A DNA stretch of 64,000 nt from Candidatus Poribacteria bacterium (GCA_965208675.1 OZ242351.1:4544001-4608000); one strand, 5' to 3'. Counted from the stretch's first letter, positions 1-10,534 are shown. The notes: generated by a model not told the origin, from the letters alone. Made by a program: numbers and translations.

Positions 1-191
1 GGTTTAATCTGTTTAATAACCGGCTTACGTACTTGGGGTTTTGGCGGCTCAGGCGGTTCAAGCACTTGTGCACCGACTAAGTCTTTGAATTGCGGGGTTT
101 GTGTGACGAGATAAACACCTAGAATCAGCACAGCGACGCCGTGAAGAATCAACGATGTCATCAAGGCACCTGAAATCTTCTTGGCACTCAT
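1..191 (-). CDS. 5' part of a membrane-anchored protein (TonB-like SxxxH N-terminal helix then Pro-rich linker); runs off the window edge
   Basis: Not in the ORF track. The minus strand from ATG at 191 reads MSAKKISGALMTSLILHGVAVLILGVYLVTQTPQFKDLVGAQVLEPPEPPKPQVRKP with no stop; GGAGG lies at 203-207. Confidence 0.7.
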   Translation of the reverse strand, partial: MSAKKISGALMTSLILHGVAVLILGVYLVTQTPQFKDLVGAQVLEPPEPPKPQVRKPVIKQIK

Positions 192-269
192 CTTCCGTGT
201 CGCCTCCGATTCGTATTAGTAAGCGCAGCATGGGACCTATAATTCAACTGCGCCGCCAGTACAAAGCCT

Positions 270-1298
270 TTATTCTGGCCTGTAAATCCCTGTGCCTAGC
301 TGTTTAATCCAACTCCAGGTCAAGGGGCGCTTTTTGCCGGGCGATACTGCATACGGCACAACAAAGTCCGGGTCAAACCAATCCGGAGAACGGCTGCCTT
401 GCCATTCTGCGCCAAGCGGCAAGACTTTTCCATCTGCACGTACATCGTCGACAACCTTATCTGAATCCATCACGGCAATTTCCACAAACGGAGCATCTGA
501 CAGGACGAGCATTGTTCCATCGGGAGACCACGCCGGGTCAAAGTTACATCGCGGCCCAGGCGTGAGGTTTTTCACGTTTTCACCGTTGGCGTCCATGGTG
601 TGCAGATCGCCCGTCCCATTGCGCCTAGATGTCCAGACAATCTTTTGGCTGTTCGGCGACCAACGGGGATAGCTGTCATCGCCGCGGTGGTTAGTCAAAT
701 TCAAGGGGTTTTCACCACTCGCATTCATCGTGTATACGTCTGAAATAGTTCTACCCCGCTTGGAAGCGAAGGCAATCATTCGACCGTCGGATGACCAATC
801 AGGTTGCCTGTCGGGAGCAGCGTCGTTAGTCAGGTTCACCCCGACGTTCCCGTTAGCTGTCAATGTGTAGATTTCGTAATTGCCATCCCGATTGGTGGTG
901 AACACAAGCCGTTGTCCGCTAGGATGCCACGTGGGCCAACTATCCTCGGCTTCATGGTTGGTCAGTCTCTTGAGCTTCTCGCCATCGGCGTTAACCACGT
1001 AGATATCAATGTTGCCGTCCAACTTGGTATGGAACGCCACCTTTTGTCCATCTGGCGACCACCTAACCCCTAACGGCTGTTCGTCCGCTTTAAGCCGTAA
1101 ATCAATTAACGGACGAAGATTTGCACTGTCGGGGTCCATCAGCCAAAGGTCGCCTTCCGGTTGGCTGCTCGAAAACACAATGGTCGGATCCTCGGGTGCC
1201 CGCTGTGCGTCAGCGCCTGCCGCAAAAATCATGCTGCCAAAAAGGAACGTAATCACTGAAAATACAAACCGTGTTGTGAATGGTAATCTATGTTGCAT
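270..1298 (-). CDS. Secreted TolB-like (PD40 repeat) beta-propeller protein with C-terminal TWxWIK tail
   Basis: Signal peptide; repeated P.WSPDG..IAF / EIY.M..G...NLT motifs; ends VSPGKKRPLTWSWIKQLG. Confidence 0.85.
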   Translation of the reverse strand: MQHRLPFTTRFVFSVITFLFGSMIFAAGADAQRAPEDPTIVFSSSQPEGDLWLMDPDSANLRPLIDLRLKADEQPLGVRWSPDGQKVAFHTKLDGNIDIYVVNADGEKLKRLTNHEAEDSWPTWHPSGQRLVFTTNRDGNYEIYTLTANGNVGVNLTNDAAPDRQPDWSSDGRMIAFASKRGRTISDVYTMNASGENPLNLTNHRGDDSYPRWSPNSQKIVWTSRRNGTGDLHTMDANGENVKNLTPGPRCNFDPAWSPDGTMLVLSDAPFVEIAVMDSDKVVDDVRADGKVLPLGAEWQGSRSPDWFDPDFVVPYAVSPGKKRPLTWSWIKQLGTGIYRPE

Positions 1299-1342
1299 TC
1301 GTGTTATCTCCTCTCGCTGTTTCGGAGTTGCCGGTTAGAGAT

Positions 1343-1371
1343 ATTTTATAACTAACTTCTTCAAATGTCAA
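1343..1371 (-). promoter_or_regulatory. sigma70-type promoter for the 270..1298 gene
   Basis: Minus strand TTGACA-17 nt-TAAAAT. Confidence 0.55.
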
Positions 1372-1502
1372 TCGATTTAGAGCGTGATTTCGAAACCGCT
1401 CGTTAGGTAAGAGGAAGGGTATGCACGCATGACCCCGGCGTTTCGGTGCCTGCGTCAGACTGCATTAATACCACGGCCCGCGGATAATTGGTAACTCTTG
1501 CA

Positions 1503-3410
1503 CTACTTGCTTAACCTTTGGATAGCTTCCCGAATGGCATCAAGGCCTTGCTGATACGTTTCGTTCTCGGGATGCAGTGCCAGCGCTTTCAGAATTGCGT
1601 CTTCCGCCCTCCCGTAGTCTTTCGTGCGGTATAATAACCAAGACAGCGTATTCAGATAATCCGCCGCGTGGGGTTGAAGTTTGACAGCTTCTTGCGCGAG
1701 TTCAACCGCTCTGTCAAGGTGGATGTCCTGGGCGCCGTATAGATGCGCCAGCCGTTCGTAGGCGTGCGCAAATGAGGTACCTAGAGCAACTGCCCGTTCA
1801 AATGCCCGCACAGCTTCGTCGTTCCGACTTTGCGCCGCATGGATTGTGCCCAAAAAGTAGTATGCATCTGCCATGTCCGGTTGACGCCTCAGCGCCGCAT
1901 TCAAGTTATTTGCCCCGTCATCTAACCGTCCTTCCCGGACAGCGATGACACCGAGGATGTAATGCGGTTCAGCAAGCTCGGGGTCGCTGGCAGTGACCAG
2001 TTTATAGTGGTGAACCGCTTGTTGAACCAGTCCTTGGCGCAAGTAGACGCGGGCGAGCCCCAGAAAAACCTTTGGGTCGCTTAACCCGAACGACAGCAGT
2101 TTTTCAAATGCCGTTTGAGCTTCTTTAAAACGGGATAGTTGAAAGGCGATATTGCCCACGTTCTGCCACGATTCTACAGAGTCGGGTTCAAATTCCAGCG
2201 CTTTTCGATACGCCGAAAGGGCGCGGCCGTAAGCCGCAGCATCTTTGGATGCCTGCGCTTTCTTAAACCAGATTAATCCCAAACCCCGGTGCACGGCAGC
2301 CGACTCCGGTTCCAATTCAACTGCGCGTTGCTGCGCCGTAATCGCGTCGTCAAGTTTGCCGCGCATCGTATAAACATGCGCCAACCCCTTATGTGCTTCC
2401 GTCGAGTTTGGATAGTGCGCCACGGCTTTTTGGAACTGTTTTATTGCTTCTGCATAAATTTTGTCCCGATTGGGTTCCCACCCAGGCTGCGCGGCGAGTG
2501 CATCGGCTTGTGCCATGCTCTTGAGGCCTGCGTCTATAGCATCATTTGCTGTCAACTGCCCTTTTATCCGCCGATACCGCTGCATCTCGGATTCGGCTTC
2601 CGCTGTTCTCCCTTGCTTAAAATACAACAGTCCCAACTGATAGTACGCGCTTTCCATCTGAGCGTCAATGCGAATAGCTTCGCGGAAAGCAGCCTCCGCG
2701 CCATTCTCCTGTTCCTTTGAGAGATTTACCATACCAAGTTGGAAATAGACTTTGGCGAGCGGCGGCCCCAAATTTATCGCGCGTCCGAAATTTTCGGCAG
2801 CTTGGTCAACCCTGCCCTGTTCAAATGCGATTCGCCCAAGAAAGTAAATCACATGCGCGGGCAGCAGCGCATCCACGCCATACGCGCCTAATCCCGCTTG
2901 AGGCGAGGACGGTGCAGTACGGTATTTCGGCGCGTCCGGCGACACCATCAGTGCGAAGGCCTTTTCGAATTCGGCGATTGCGCGATCATAATCATGGCGC
3001 TGAAAGTGAACCATTCCCAGCTGCGCGTGAGCCTGGTCCCAATCTGGGAAGAGCTGAATAGCTCGCTCAAGCACGGGTATCGCCCGCTCATATTCTTCTC
3101 GCAGGTAGTAGATGCCGCCCAAGCGGTGGTAGATACTGGCATCTTCTGAATCTAACCGAAGCGCGTTTGAAAAAGCCGCTTCCGCTTCGTCTGTCGCATC
3201 AAGCGACAGGTACGCCAATCCCAGATTCAAATGGGCTTCGGCCGAGTCGGGGTTTTCATCGACCGCCTTTTTGTACGGAGCGACCGCTTGCGACAACCCG
3301 AATGCCGCATCTTGGGGCTGTGAAACCGTGCACAGTCCAATTAGCATGACCGAAATAAAACCCGCAAAAGCGAAACTCCGGCTTGTTCGCGGAAGGAAGC
3401 AGGTAATCAA
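1503..3410 (-). CDS. Secreted TPR-repeat protein (paralog of 49572..51509)
   Basis: Many 34-aa TPR units (AHLNLGLAY, AYYQLG, SWQNVG); N-terminal hydrophobic segment. Confidence 0.85.
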   Translation of the reverse strand: MITCFLPRTSRSFAFAGFISVMLIGLCTVSQPQDAAFGLSQAVAPYKKAVDENPDSAEAHLNLGLAYLSLDATDEAEAAFSNALRLDSEDASIYHRLGGIYYLREEYERAIPVLERAIQLFPDWDQAHAQLGMVHFQRHDYDRAIAEFEKAFALMVSPDAPKYRTAPSSPQAGLGAYGVDALLPAHVIYFLGRIAFEQGRVDQAAENFGRAINLGPPLAKVYFQLGMVNLSKEQENGAEAAFREAIRIDAQMESAYYQLGLLYFKQGRTAEAESEMQRYRRIKGQLTANDAIDAGLKSMAQADALAAQPGWEPNRDKIYAEAIKQFQKAVAHYPNSTEAHKGLAHVYTMRGKLDDAITAQQRAVELEPESAAVHRGLGLIWFKKAQASKDAAAYGRALSAYRKALEFEPDSVESWQNVGNIAFQLSRFKEAQTAFEKLLSFGLSDPKVFLGLARVYLRQGLVQQAVHHYKLVTASDPELAEPHYILGVIAVREGRLDDGANNLNAALRRQPDMADAYYFLGTIHAAQSRNDEAVRAFERAVALGTSFAHAYERLAHLYGAQDIHLDRAVELAQEAVKLQPHAADYLNTLSWLLYRTKDYGRAEDAILKALALHPENETYQQGLDAIREAIQRLSK

Positions 3411-3476
3411 GAACTAACCTCATTTTTGTGGATGAATTAAATCACTATGGATAAATAGCGTAGGGGCTAGGAATTT

Positions 3477-4529
3477 TCAGTCGCGCGGCCCTAAATTTTT
3501 TATCCATCCCCACGTAAGCGGGCGCTTGTCAGCAGGCTCAACATCGAATGGCGGCGCTGGAAATGCGGGGTCGAACCAAGCTGGAGACCGGGCGCGCCTG
3601 CCTTTATCTAGCACAAGAATCTGTATGAAATTTTTCGCCGCCTTGAGGTCCGCTTCGAGCGTTTCTCCAACGCCAAGCTCGTCTACTGCGTGGTAAAGGA
3701 AGATGCCTTGCGGGAATGACAGGGAGGCGATGCTTTTGCCGTCTGGAGACCATGTAGCATCCTTCTTCTCCTCGGTGCTCTTTACCCACCGCTGATTTTC
3801 GCCATCCGAATCAATGATGTAGACGTCACCCGTGCCGTCTCGCCGGGATACCCACGCCAATGTTTCACCGTCAGGCGACCACCTCGGTTGAATATCCTGG
3901 CCTTTATGATTGGTGATATTCTGCAGATTTTCGCCTTTCGAATCCATCACATAGATATCTGCAATCGTGCGGCCTCGCTTGGTCGAAAACGCAATCTTTC
4001 GACCGTCAGGCGACCAAGACGGGTCAATATCGGGCGCAGCGTCTGCTGTGAGGTTTCCGCCGACATTGCCTTGCGCCGTCATGGTGTAGATTTCAAAATT
4101 CCCGTCACGGTTGGTGGCGAACGCCAGTTTTTGACCGCTCGGATGCCACGTGGGCGAGCTGTCTTCCGCCTCATGCTCGGTAAGCCTCCGCAAATTTTTC
4201 CCGTCGGCGTTCACGGAATATACGTCAATGTTGTCCTTCAAGTTAGTATGGAAAGCCAACATTTCACCGGTTGGGGACCATACCAAGCCCGCCGGCACCG
4301 GCTCGCCGTCAATTTCTAATACCAAGAAAGGAGGGTTTACACCTGCCGGATCCATTGACCAGATGCCTACTTCGCCCGCCACACCGTCGGTGCCCACGAC
4401 TATCGTTGGCACGATTGGTGCTTGAGCCTGCCCGCTCTGGAGCGTAGCAAAACAGTTAATGAGAAGCACGCCGATGAACACGACCGGCATGAATATGTCC
4501 CGAATCTGAAGGTTTTGTCGGATTTGCAT
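3477..4529 (-). CDS. Secreted TolB-like (PD40 repeat) protein with C-terminal TWGWIK tail
   Basis: PD40 repeats, clearly paralogous to 270..1298; ends DVEPADKRPLTWGWIKNLG. Start moved to ATG 4529 (GAGGTG upstream). Confidence 0.85.
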   Translation of the reverse strand: MQIRQNLQIRDIFMPVVFIGVLLINCFATLQSGQAQAPIVPTIVVGTDGVAGEVGIWSMDPAGVNPPFLVLEIDGEPVPAGLVWSPTGEMLAFHTNLKDNIDVYSVNADGKNLRRLTEHEAEDSSPTWHPSGQKLAFATNRDGNFEIYTMTAQGNVGGNLTADAAPDIDPSWSPDGRKIAFSTKRGRTIADIYVMDSKGENLQNITNHKGQDIQPRWSPDGETLAWVSRRDGTGDVYIIDSDGENQRWVKSTEEKKDATWSPDGKSIASLSFPQGIFLYHAVDELGVGETLEADLKAAKNFIQILVLDKGRRARSPAWFDPAFPAPPFDVEPADKRPLTWGWIKNLGPRD

Positions 4530-4681
4530 GGTTATCACCTCATCGTGTTGGTTAAGGTTTATGGACAATCGCTAAGTGAATCCGGGAAGACGAATTCCTC
4601 GGCGCATTTACGCTCGGTATTGCCTGTGAAAACTCGACCGGTTTTTAGCCTGTTGAAACACGCGGTGAAGGCGGTTAAATA

Positions 4682-6331
4682 TTACTCACGACTCGACTCG
4701 GTAACGACAATCTCCTGATTAACCGTTACTTTTTCTAGGATTTGCACAATGCCGCTCGGCCAATGAATTTCAAGACGATCCACAATGGAATTATCGCCGA
4801 GACCAAAGTGGCAGCGCGGATCATTGCTGCACATTATACTTGACCCCGCACGCACCTCTTGAACCCAAGACTGGGTACCCGCCGTCAAAGTCAGCCGCGC
4901 GCCGATGCCGCCGCGATTGCTAAGGACGCCCGCGAGTTTTACCCGCAACCAGTTTTTTTGATTGCCGCCTTCGTTGCGGAGTAACTGCGCTGCCTGATTC
5001 ACCTGGGTCGTGACGATATCGCAATCGCCGTCGTTGTCATAATCTCCAAATATCGCGCCGCGGCTGACGCTCGGTTCATGAAAATATTTTCCCGAACTGA
5101 ATGAAACTTCCCTGAACGTCCCGTCGCCTTTGTTATGAAACAGTTGATTTCGCTGCGCGTAAGTTAGAATGTCCGTTACCTGCGCTATATTGTCGATAAT
5201 ATGTCCGTTCGCGATAAAAATATCCAGATATCCATCGTTATCATAGTCGAAAAAGCGCGTACCAAATCCGACAAATAGAAAACTTTCATCACCGAGATGT
5301 GCGCCGTAGATTACATCGGAAAACGTACCATCCCCGTTGTTCTGGTAAAGCGCGTTCGTTTCATAGGAAAGGTTGGTGACAAAGATGTCCAAATATCCGT
5401 CGCCGTTATAGTCGCCGGCATCAACGCCCATTCCCGCCTGCGCCACGCCGTTGAAGCTATACGCGCAACCCGCCAATAGCCCCGTCTCGGTAAACGTACC
5501 GTCCCCGTTGTTGTAGTAAAGATAGTTCGGCGTATCGTCGTTGGCTACATAGATATCTGCTTCACCGTCGTTGTTGAAATCTGCTGCGACGACGCCCAAA
5601 CCCTTCCCGCTGTGCGGTCCCTCGGCTACTTTGAAACCTGCCGCTTCGGTGACGTTCGTGAATGTGCCGTCTCCGTTGTTGCGGTAAAACTGATCGGGCG
5701 CCCCGTCGAAGTTCTTTGGGTGGCACAAAATGCGGATCCCGTCAACTTCACAAGGTGCATGCGGCACATCCAACGAATACCGCAAGTAATTTACAACGTA
5801 CAGGTCGAGGTTGCCGTCGCGGTCGTAATCAAGAAATGTAGCGCTGCTGCCCCACATCGGGTCCCCTACCCCAGCGGTTTCCGTGACATTGGTAAAGCTG
5901 CCGTCCCCGTTATTCCGATAGAGCACATTGGCGCCGAAATTTGTTACGTATAAATCGGGATCTCCGTCATTATCGTAGTCGCCGCAGGCAGCGCCGACTC
6001 CGTAATTCCCCTTATTGTCCGCGCCCGCCTCACTAGTGATGTCCGTAAATGTACAATCCCCGTTATTGCGGTAGAGAGCGCTTGTGACCGTACTTTCGTG
6101 CCCTTCGTCCGGTAAATCTCCGCTGTTCACGAGATACAGGTCGAGGTCGCCGTCGTTGTCATAGTCAAAAAACGCTCCGCCGGCACCGAGTTGTTCGGGC
6201 AGATGGTAACCGCCTTTCGCCCCGTTTTGATGCCGAAAATGAATCCCCGCCTCCGCGGTAGCATCAATGAACTTAATCTGTTCCCCAACGGCAAAGGCGT
6301 TGAGGCATATCATCATGAACGCCAACGCCAC
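4682..6331 (-). CDS. CRTAC1-family protein (FG-GAP/VCBS repeats + ASPIC/UnbV C-terminal domain)
   Basis: Repeated DYDNDGDxDLYV / LYRNNGDGTFTDVT motifs; C-terminal GIGAR...HFGLG...WPSG. Confidence 0.9.
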   Translation of the reverse strand: MALAFMMICLNAFAVGEQIKFIDATAEAGIHFRHQNGAKGGYHLPEQLGAGGAFFDYDNDGDLDLYLVNSGDLPDEGHESTVTSALYRNNGDCTFTDITSEAGADNKGNYGVGAACGDYDNDGDPDLYVTNFGANVLYRNNGDGSFTNVTETAGVGDPMWGSSATFLDYDRDGNLDLYVVNYLRYSLDVPHAPCEVDGIRILCHPKNFDGAPDQFYRNNGDGTFTNVTEAAGFKVAEGPHSGKGLGVVAADFNNDGEADIYVANDDTPNYLYYNNGDGTFTETGLLAGCAYSFNGVAQAGMGVDAGDYNGDGYLDIFVTNLSYETNALYQNNGDGTFSDVIYGAHLGDESFLFVGFGTRFFDYDNDGYLDIFIANGHIIDNIAQVTDILTYAQRNQLFHNKGDGTFREVSFSSGKYFHEPSVSRGAIFGDYDNDGDCDIVTTQVNQAAQLLRNEGGNQKNWLRVKLAGVLSNRGGIGARLTLTAGTQSWVQEVRAGSSIMCSNDPRCHFGLGDNSIVDRLEIHWPSGIVQILEKVTVNQEIVVTESSRE

Positions 6332-6371
6332 CGATAAACGCTTTAGATTCGAGCCGAAAAACTCCGATTGA

Positions 6372-7235
6372 CTATGGTTGATTGTCGATGTCCTTTGCCA
6401 GCCTAAATCCGATAAAACTAGTTCCGACCGCCGGGTGGTGTCCCATGCGTGTAATGCACCGAGCTAACTGCGGCCCATTTGCCCATGACCCGCCCCGCAC
6501 CACGCGCCGACTGCCCACATCAGGACCCGCCGGGTTTTCGGTAGGGCTGCGATAGTAATAAGATTCAGAAAACCAATCTGCAACCCACTCCCAGACATTT
6601 CCGCCCATATCGTATACGCCGTACGGGCTTGCGCCAGTCGGAAATTTCCCGACAGGCGCCAAGACGTTGTCATATCCGTCTCGCCCATTCCACACATTTG
6701 CGTGGACATTTGCGCCGCGTATCGAAACGAAGAAGGCATTCCCCCACGGCCAAACACGTTGGTCGGTTCCCCGAGACGCTTTCTCCCACTCCGCTTCGGT
6801 GGGCAGCCGCTTATTCGCCCATTTGGCATACGCGTCCGCTGCGGCCCAAGAAATACCCACAACGGGATAGTTCGGCTTGGACTGCGCAATCTCGGGCCAA
6901 TCCCCCAGTCCAACCTCCTCGCCGTAACTGACTGGTGTGTGCTTACTGCGCTCTCCGCCATCTGCCATCCAGAAGGCAAAATACTCGGCGTTCGTGACCT
7001 CGTGTTTGTCGATGTAATAAGCGTCAAGCGAAATCTGGTGCGCCGGTTTCGCGCCGATTCCCCCGGAATCGCCGCCCATGGTAAATTCACCGCCCGGAAT
7101 CAACACCATCCCGTCGGGCGGTGTCAACGGATGCGGCGTTGCAGTTACCTCGGCGTGCCCATCGGTAATCGGGAGATGCAGGACAATCCAGAAGAAACAA
7201 AATAGATTGAGGGATAAACAACAGTTCGCTAACAT
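6372..7235 (-). CDS. Secreted FGE-sulfatase (SUMF1/EgtB/PvdO) domain protein
   Basis: IPGGEFTMG, EVTNAEY, RLPTEAEWEKA, YDMGGNVWEW, RGGSW and GFRL motifs. Confidence 0.9.
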   Translation of the reverse strand: MLANCCLSLNLFCFFWIVLHLPITDGHAEVTATPHPLTPPDGMVLIPGGEFTMGGDSGGIGAKPAHQISLDAYYIDKHEVTNAEYFAFWMADGGERSKHTPVSYGEEVGLGDWPEIAQSKPNYPVVGISWAAADAYAKWANKRLPTEAEWEKASRGTDQRVWPWGNAFFVSIRGANVHANVWNGRDGYDNVLAPVGKFPTGASPYGVYDMGGNVWEWVADWFSESYYYRSPTENPAGPDVGSRRVVRGGSWANGPQLARCITRMGHHPAVGTSFIGFRLAKDIDNQP

Positions 7236-7246
7236 CGTTTTACCGT

Positions 7247-8485
7247 TTAATTTTTAGTCGTGAGGCGCTGATAGACACGGTATTCTTCTTGAGCCTTTGC
7301 CGTGTCCCCTGCTAACTCATAAGCTTTCGATAGATTCAAATGAAATCTTGGTTCGGACGAATCTAAATGAATCGCATTTTCATACGCTTCAATGGCATGG
7401 CGGTATTCCGTCATCATCAAATATACACCGCCGAGGCCGTTATAATATGCCGCAACATCAGGACGGCGCTTTACAACCTCCTGGTATGCCTTCAAAGCTC
7501 GTCCGTAAGCTTTCAATCGAAAATAGACGAATCCTAAAGCTTCATAGCTCCGCACAGATTCAGGGTCGAGCGCTATACACTTTTCAAAGGCGAAGACGGC
7601 AGCGCCCCATTGCTCCCGTCCCATCTGAACGCGGCCCAACGAATACCAGGCATCCAGGTTCGCTGCATCGCTGCCTACGATGCGCTGCAAACGCTCAATC
7701 TCTTCCCCCTCTCGCGTCAACCGGTGAAAGGTTTCTAACGCCTCCGCCGCCTGTTCCAACATGCCCATACGGCGGTAGCAGTTGCCAAGGTTCAAGTATG
7801 CTTTGGCATTGAACGGATCTTGTTCGATTATCCGTTGGAAGTTTGTGCTCGCCGCCTCAAATTCGCCGCGCTGGAAATAAGCCAACCCGAGCGTATAGTA
7901 CGATTCCAATCGCGAAGGGTCGAGTTCTGCGGCGCGCCGGAGTTCGTGAATCGATTTATCCAGGCGTTGCTGCCGGAAGTAGGCTAAACCTAAAAGCCGT
8001 CGGCTCTCTGCATGATGCGGATCCATCTCGACCGCTTTCTGCAGCGGCGGAATTGCCTTCGACACCTGCGCCAACACCTTTAGGTAAGTATCGCCTAATT
8101 TGTAATGGGCTTCGATGTAGTCCGGGTCGGTTATTGCGGCTTGTTGAAATGCACGCGTTGCGCTTTGCCACTTCTGTTGCGACCCGTAGACCATCCCCAA
8201 GTAATAGTGTGCGTCAGCGAGCGACGAATCCAGTTCTACGGCGCGTTGAAACGCTGCCTCCGCCTTATCATAATCTCGATGAAATATAGCCCGCTGCCCT
8301 TCGTCGTAGGCGCGAAGCGCCTGGTGGGCATCGGATTTCGCATGTGACGCTGCTATAGCGCGGAAGGTCAGCGCTAAAAAAAACACGCCAACCAGAATTG
8401 GTGTGTTCAGCGTAATTAGACCACTTTTCATAACATCGCAAAATGCGAATAGATAGGGGAAAACCCGCCATGCGTAAGTGCACAC
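7247..8485 (-). CDS. Secreted TPR-repeat protein
   Basis: About 10 TPR units (AHYYLG, AHYKLG, AYLNLG, AWYSLG); the exact start is uncertain. Confidence 0.85.
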   Translation of the reverse strand: MCTYAWRVFPYLFAFCDVMKSGLITLNTPILVGVFFLALTFRAIAASHAKSDAHQALRAYDEGQRAIFHRDYDKAEAAFQRAVELDSSLADAHYYLGMVYGSQQKWQSATRAFQQAAITDPDYIEAHYKLGDTYLKVLAQVSKAIPPLQKAVEMDPHHAESRRLLGLAYFRQQRLDKSIHELRRAAELDPSRLESYYTLGLAYFQRGEFEAASTNFQRIIEQDPFNAKAYLNLGNCYRRMGMLEQAAEALETFHRLTREGEEIERLQRIVGSDAANLDAWYSLGRVQMGREQWGAAVFAFEKCIALDPESVRSYEALGFVYFRLKAYGRALKAYQEVVKRRPDVAAYYNGLGGVYLMMTEYRHAIEAYENAIHLDSSEPRFHLNLSKAYELAGDTAKAQEEYRVYQRLTTKN

Positions 8486-8577
8486 GACGGGATTTTCCCG
8501 AATTCAAATTCAATCAGAGCGCCGCGAATTGCTAACGGCCAACAATACTAGCGTCGCTGCAGTTGAGTTTAAATTAG

Positions 8578-9459
8578 CTATCTGCGGGTTTTTATATCCC
8601 CCCATGTTGTGGACAGTTTTTCAACCGGTGCAAAACCGAGCGCAGTCGTAACGCCAAGCCCATCATTCATGATCGCCGCGATTTCCGCCCCGCTCAATAC
8701 CCGGCTGAATACCCCGATATCGTCCACTGTAACCTGTGCGGAAGAGCCATACCTGCCGCAAATATGCCAAGGACCGTGTTCATCGGTCCGAACAAACGGT
8801 TCCGTTCCGGGACCGCGATTGACAATTTGACCATTCTGGTATATCACTGTCTCTTTGCCATTTCCCGTAAAGGCGTAGTGGTTCATCTCGGCGCCGTTTG
8901 CGGGAAACCGCCAATGATGGTCCTGGGGAGGCTTGCCGTATTGCCACATCATAAACTCGCCCTCGCCGTCATCCCACGGAAAGTGAACCAGAATTCGGTT
9001 GTCCCACGGCCCGCCGGGCTCAAATGAGAAGAGATCTTTTTGGGCAAAGCTGTCGATTTTGTCGTTTCGCTGCACCCATGCGGTTATTGAAATCTCTGTC
9101 TCGTCGGGAAGATTGCCGGCATTCGCATCGTCTTCGTCAGGCCCTAACCGCTCATCCTTGATGAAGTTTGGGACTATGATAACGCTGCCCTCGCCTTCAC
9201 ATTTCAGAGCCGTGCCGAATTTGCCGTCAACCCACGACGGCCTTAGCGCATCGCTGTCAGGACGATTACCTTGCAGTCTGCCGTCCATGTCGTGGGGGTT
9301 GCCCGACGCGTCATTGGCAGTGACTCCTTCCCCCTCATCAAATAGCCAAACGGCAATAATGTCGTCGGGGTCGAGTGCGGCATGAGTCGGGGCTGTCACC
9401 ATAATCCCAAACAATGAAACGGCGCTGACGCATACCAGCGTTTTTAGCATGAGTTTCAA
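8578..9459 (-). CDS. Secreted LamG-like jellyroll protein, paralog 1 of 3, with TTWGDIK tail
   Basis: WLFDEG.G...D.SGN...WVDGKFG.AL...ITAWV...DD.G.F.R.L pattern. Start moved to TTG 9459, which aligns with the paralog's ATG and has GGAGG upstream. Confidence 0.85.
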   Translation of the reverse strand: MKLMLKTLVCVSAVSLFGIMVTAPTHAALDPDDIIAVWLFDEGEGVTANDASGNPHDMDGRLQGNRPDSDALRPSWVDGKFGTALKCEGEGSVIIVPNFIKDERLGPDEDDANAGNLPDETEISITAWVQRNDKIDSFAQKDLFSFEPGGPWDNRILVHFPWDDGEGEFMMWQYGKPPQDHHWRFPANGAEMNHYAFTGNGKETVIYQNGQIVNRGPGTEPFVRTDEHGPWHICGRYGSSAQVTVDDIGVFSRVLSGAEIAAIMNDGLGVTTALGFAPVEKLSTTWGDIKTRR

Positions 9460-9632
9460 TTTGCATTTCCTCCATCTACAGCCGGTACGGTATAGGATGG
9501 CCGAATGCTGCCGCTGTAGAAAAACCCATCCCGTATACCTGTACGCGGCGAGTTTTTCAAATATTGAATCTACATACAACGGCGCCAGTTGCTAAACTGC
9601 AAGCAAAACACCACTCGCGCCGTTGTGGTTAT
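9460..9632 (-). repeat. Duplicated leader/upstream region, copy 1 (copy 2 at 10535..10705)
   Basis: The first 99 nt differ from copy 2 at only 5 positions. Confidence 0.9.
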
Positions 9633-9649
9633 GCGTAGCAATCTCTTAG

Positions 9650-10534
9650 CTAATTTTTGGTTTTTATCACCCCCCATGTTGTTGATATTTTTTCATCCGG
9701 TTGAACATCAAGAGCCGCCGCGGCGGCAAGCCCGTCGAGCATGATAGATGCAATTTCACCTTGGGTCAATACCCGGCTAAATACGCCGATGTCGTCCACT
9801 GTAACCTGAGCGGAAGAGCCAAACCTGCCGCAAATATGCCATGGACCGTGTTCATCGGTCCGAATAAACGGCCTCGATCCGGGACCGTGATGCACCATTT
9901 TACCATTCTGGTAAATCACTGTGGCTTCGCTATTGCCGGTAAATGCGTAGTGGTTCATCTCGCCGCCGTTTGCGGGAAACTCCCACGGATTGTCGAAGTC
10001 AGGTCTGCCGTATTGCCACATTATAAACTCGCCCTCTCCGTCATCCCACGGAAAGTGCACCAGAATCCGGTTGTCCCACGGCCCGCCGGGTTGGAACGAA
10101 AAGAGGTCTCTCTGAGCCGCCGTGCCGATTTCATCGTTGCGCTGCACCCATGCGGTTATGGTAATCTCCGTCTCGTCGGGAATATTGCCGGCAGACGCAT
10201 CGTGTTCGTGGCGTCCCAATCGCTCATCCTTGATGAAATTCGGGATGACGATAACGCTGCCCATACCTTCACATTTCAGGGCCGTGCCGAATTTTCCGTC
10301 TACCCACTTCGGTTTTTCGCCGGCGTTGTGCGCCCGCTTGGTGACTTCCAACCTACCGTCCATGTCGAGCGGGTTTCCCGAAGCGTCGTTGGCAGTGCCG
10401 CCTGCGCCCTCATCGAATAGCCAAATTGCAATGATGTCGGCGGGGTCTAGGACGGCGAAAACCGGGATTATAACGATAAACCCGAACAATGAAACAGTGG
10501 CGGCGCATGCCAGTGCCTTTAGCATAGACTTCAT
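9650..10534 (-). CDS. Secreted LamG-like jellyroll protein, paralog 2 of 3, with TTWGVIK tail
   Basis: Long blocks identical to its neighbours (PGGPWDNRILVHFPWDDG); signal peptide; GGAGG RBS. Confidence 0.88.
   Translation of the reverse strand: MKSMLKALACAATVSLFGFIVIIPVFAVLDPADIIAIWLFDEGAGGTANDASGNPLDMDGRLEVTKRAHNAGEKPKWVDGKFGTALKCEGMGSVIVIPNFIKDERLGRHEHDASAGNIPDETEITITAWVQRNDEIGTAAQRDLFSFQPGGPWDNRILVHFPWDDGEGEFIMWQYGRPDFDNPWEFPANGGEMNHYAFTGNSEATVIYQNGKMVHHGPGSRPFIRTDEHGPWHICGRFGSSAQVTVDDIGVFSRVLTQGEIASIMLDGLAAAAALDVQPDEKISTTWGVIKTKN

Noticed and set aside
270-4529. Calling the propeller proteins tolB
   Set aside because: They lack the TolB N-terminal domain and have no tolQRA/pal context; only the PD40 repeats are shared.
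9460-9579. N-terminal extension of the 333-aa ORF
   Set aside because: This is the duplicated leader; the RBS and the paralog alignment place the start at TTG 9459.
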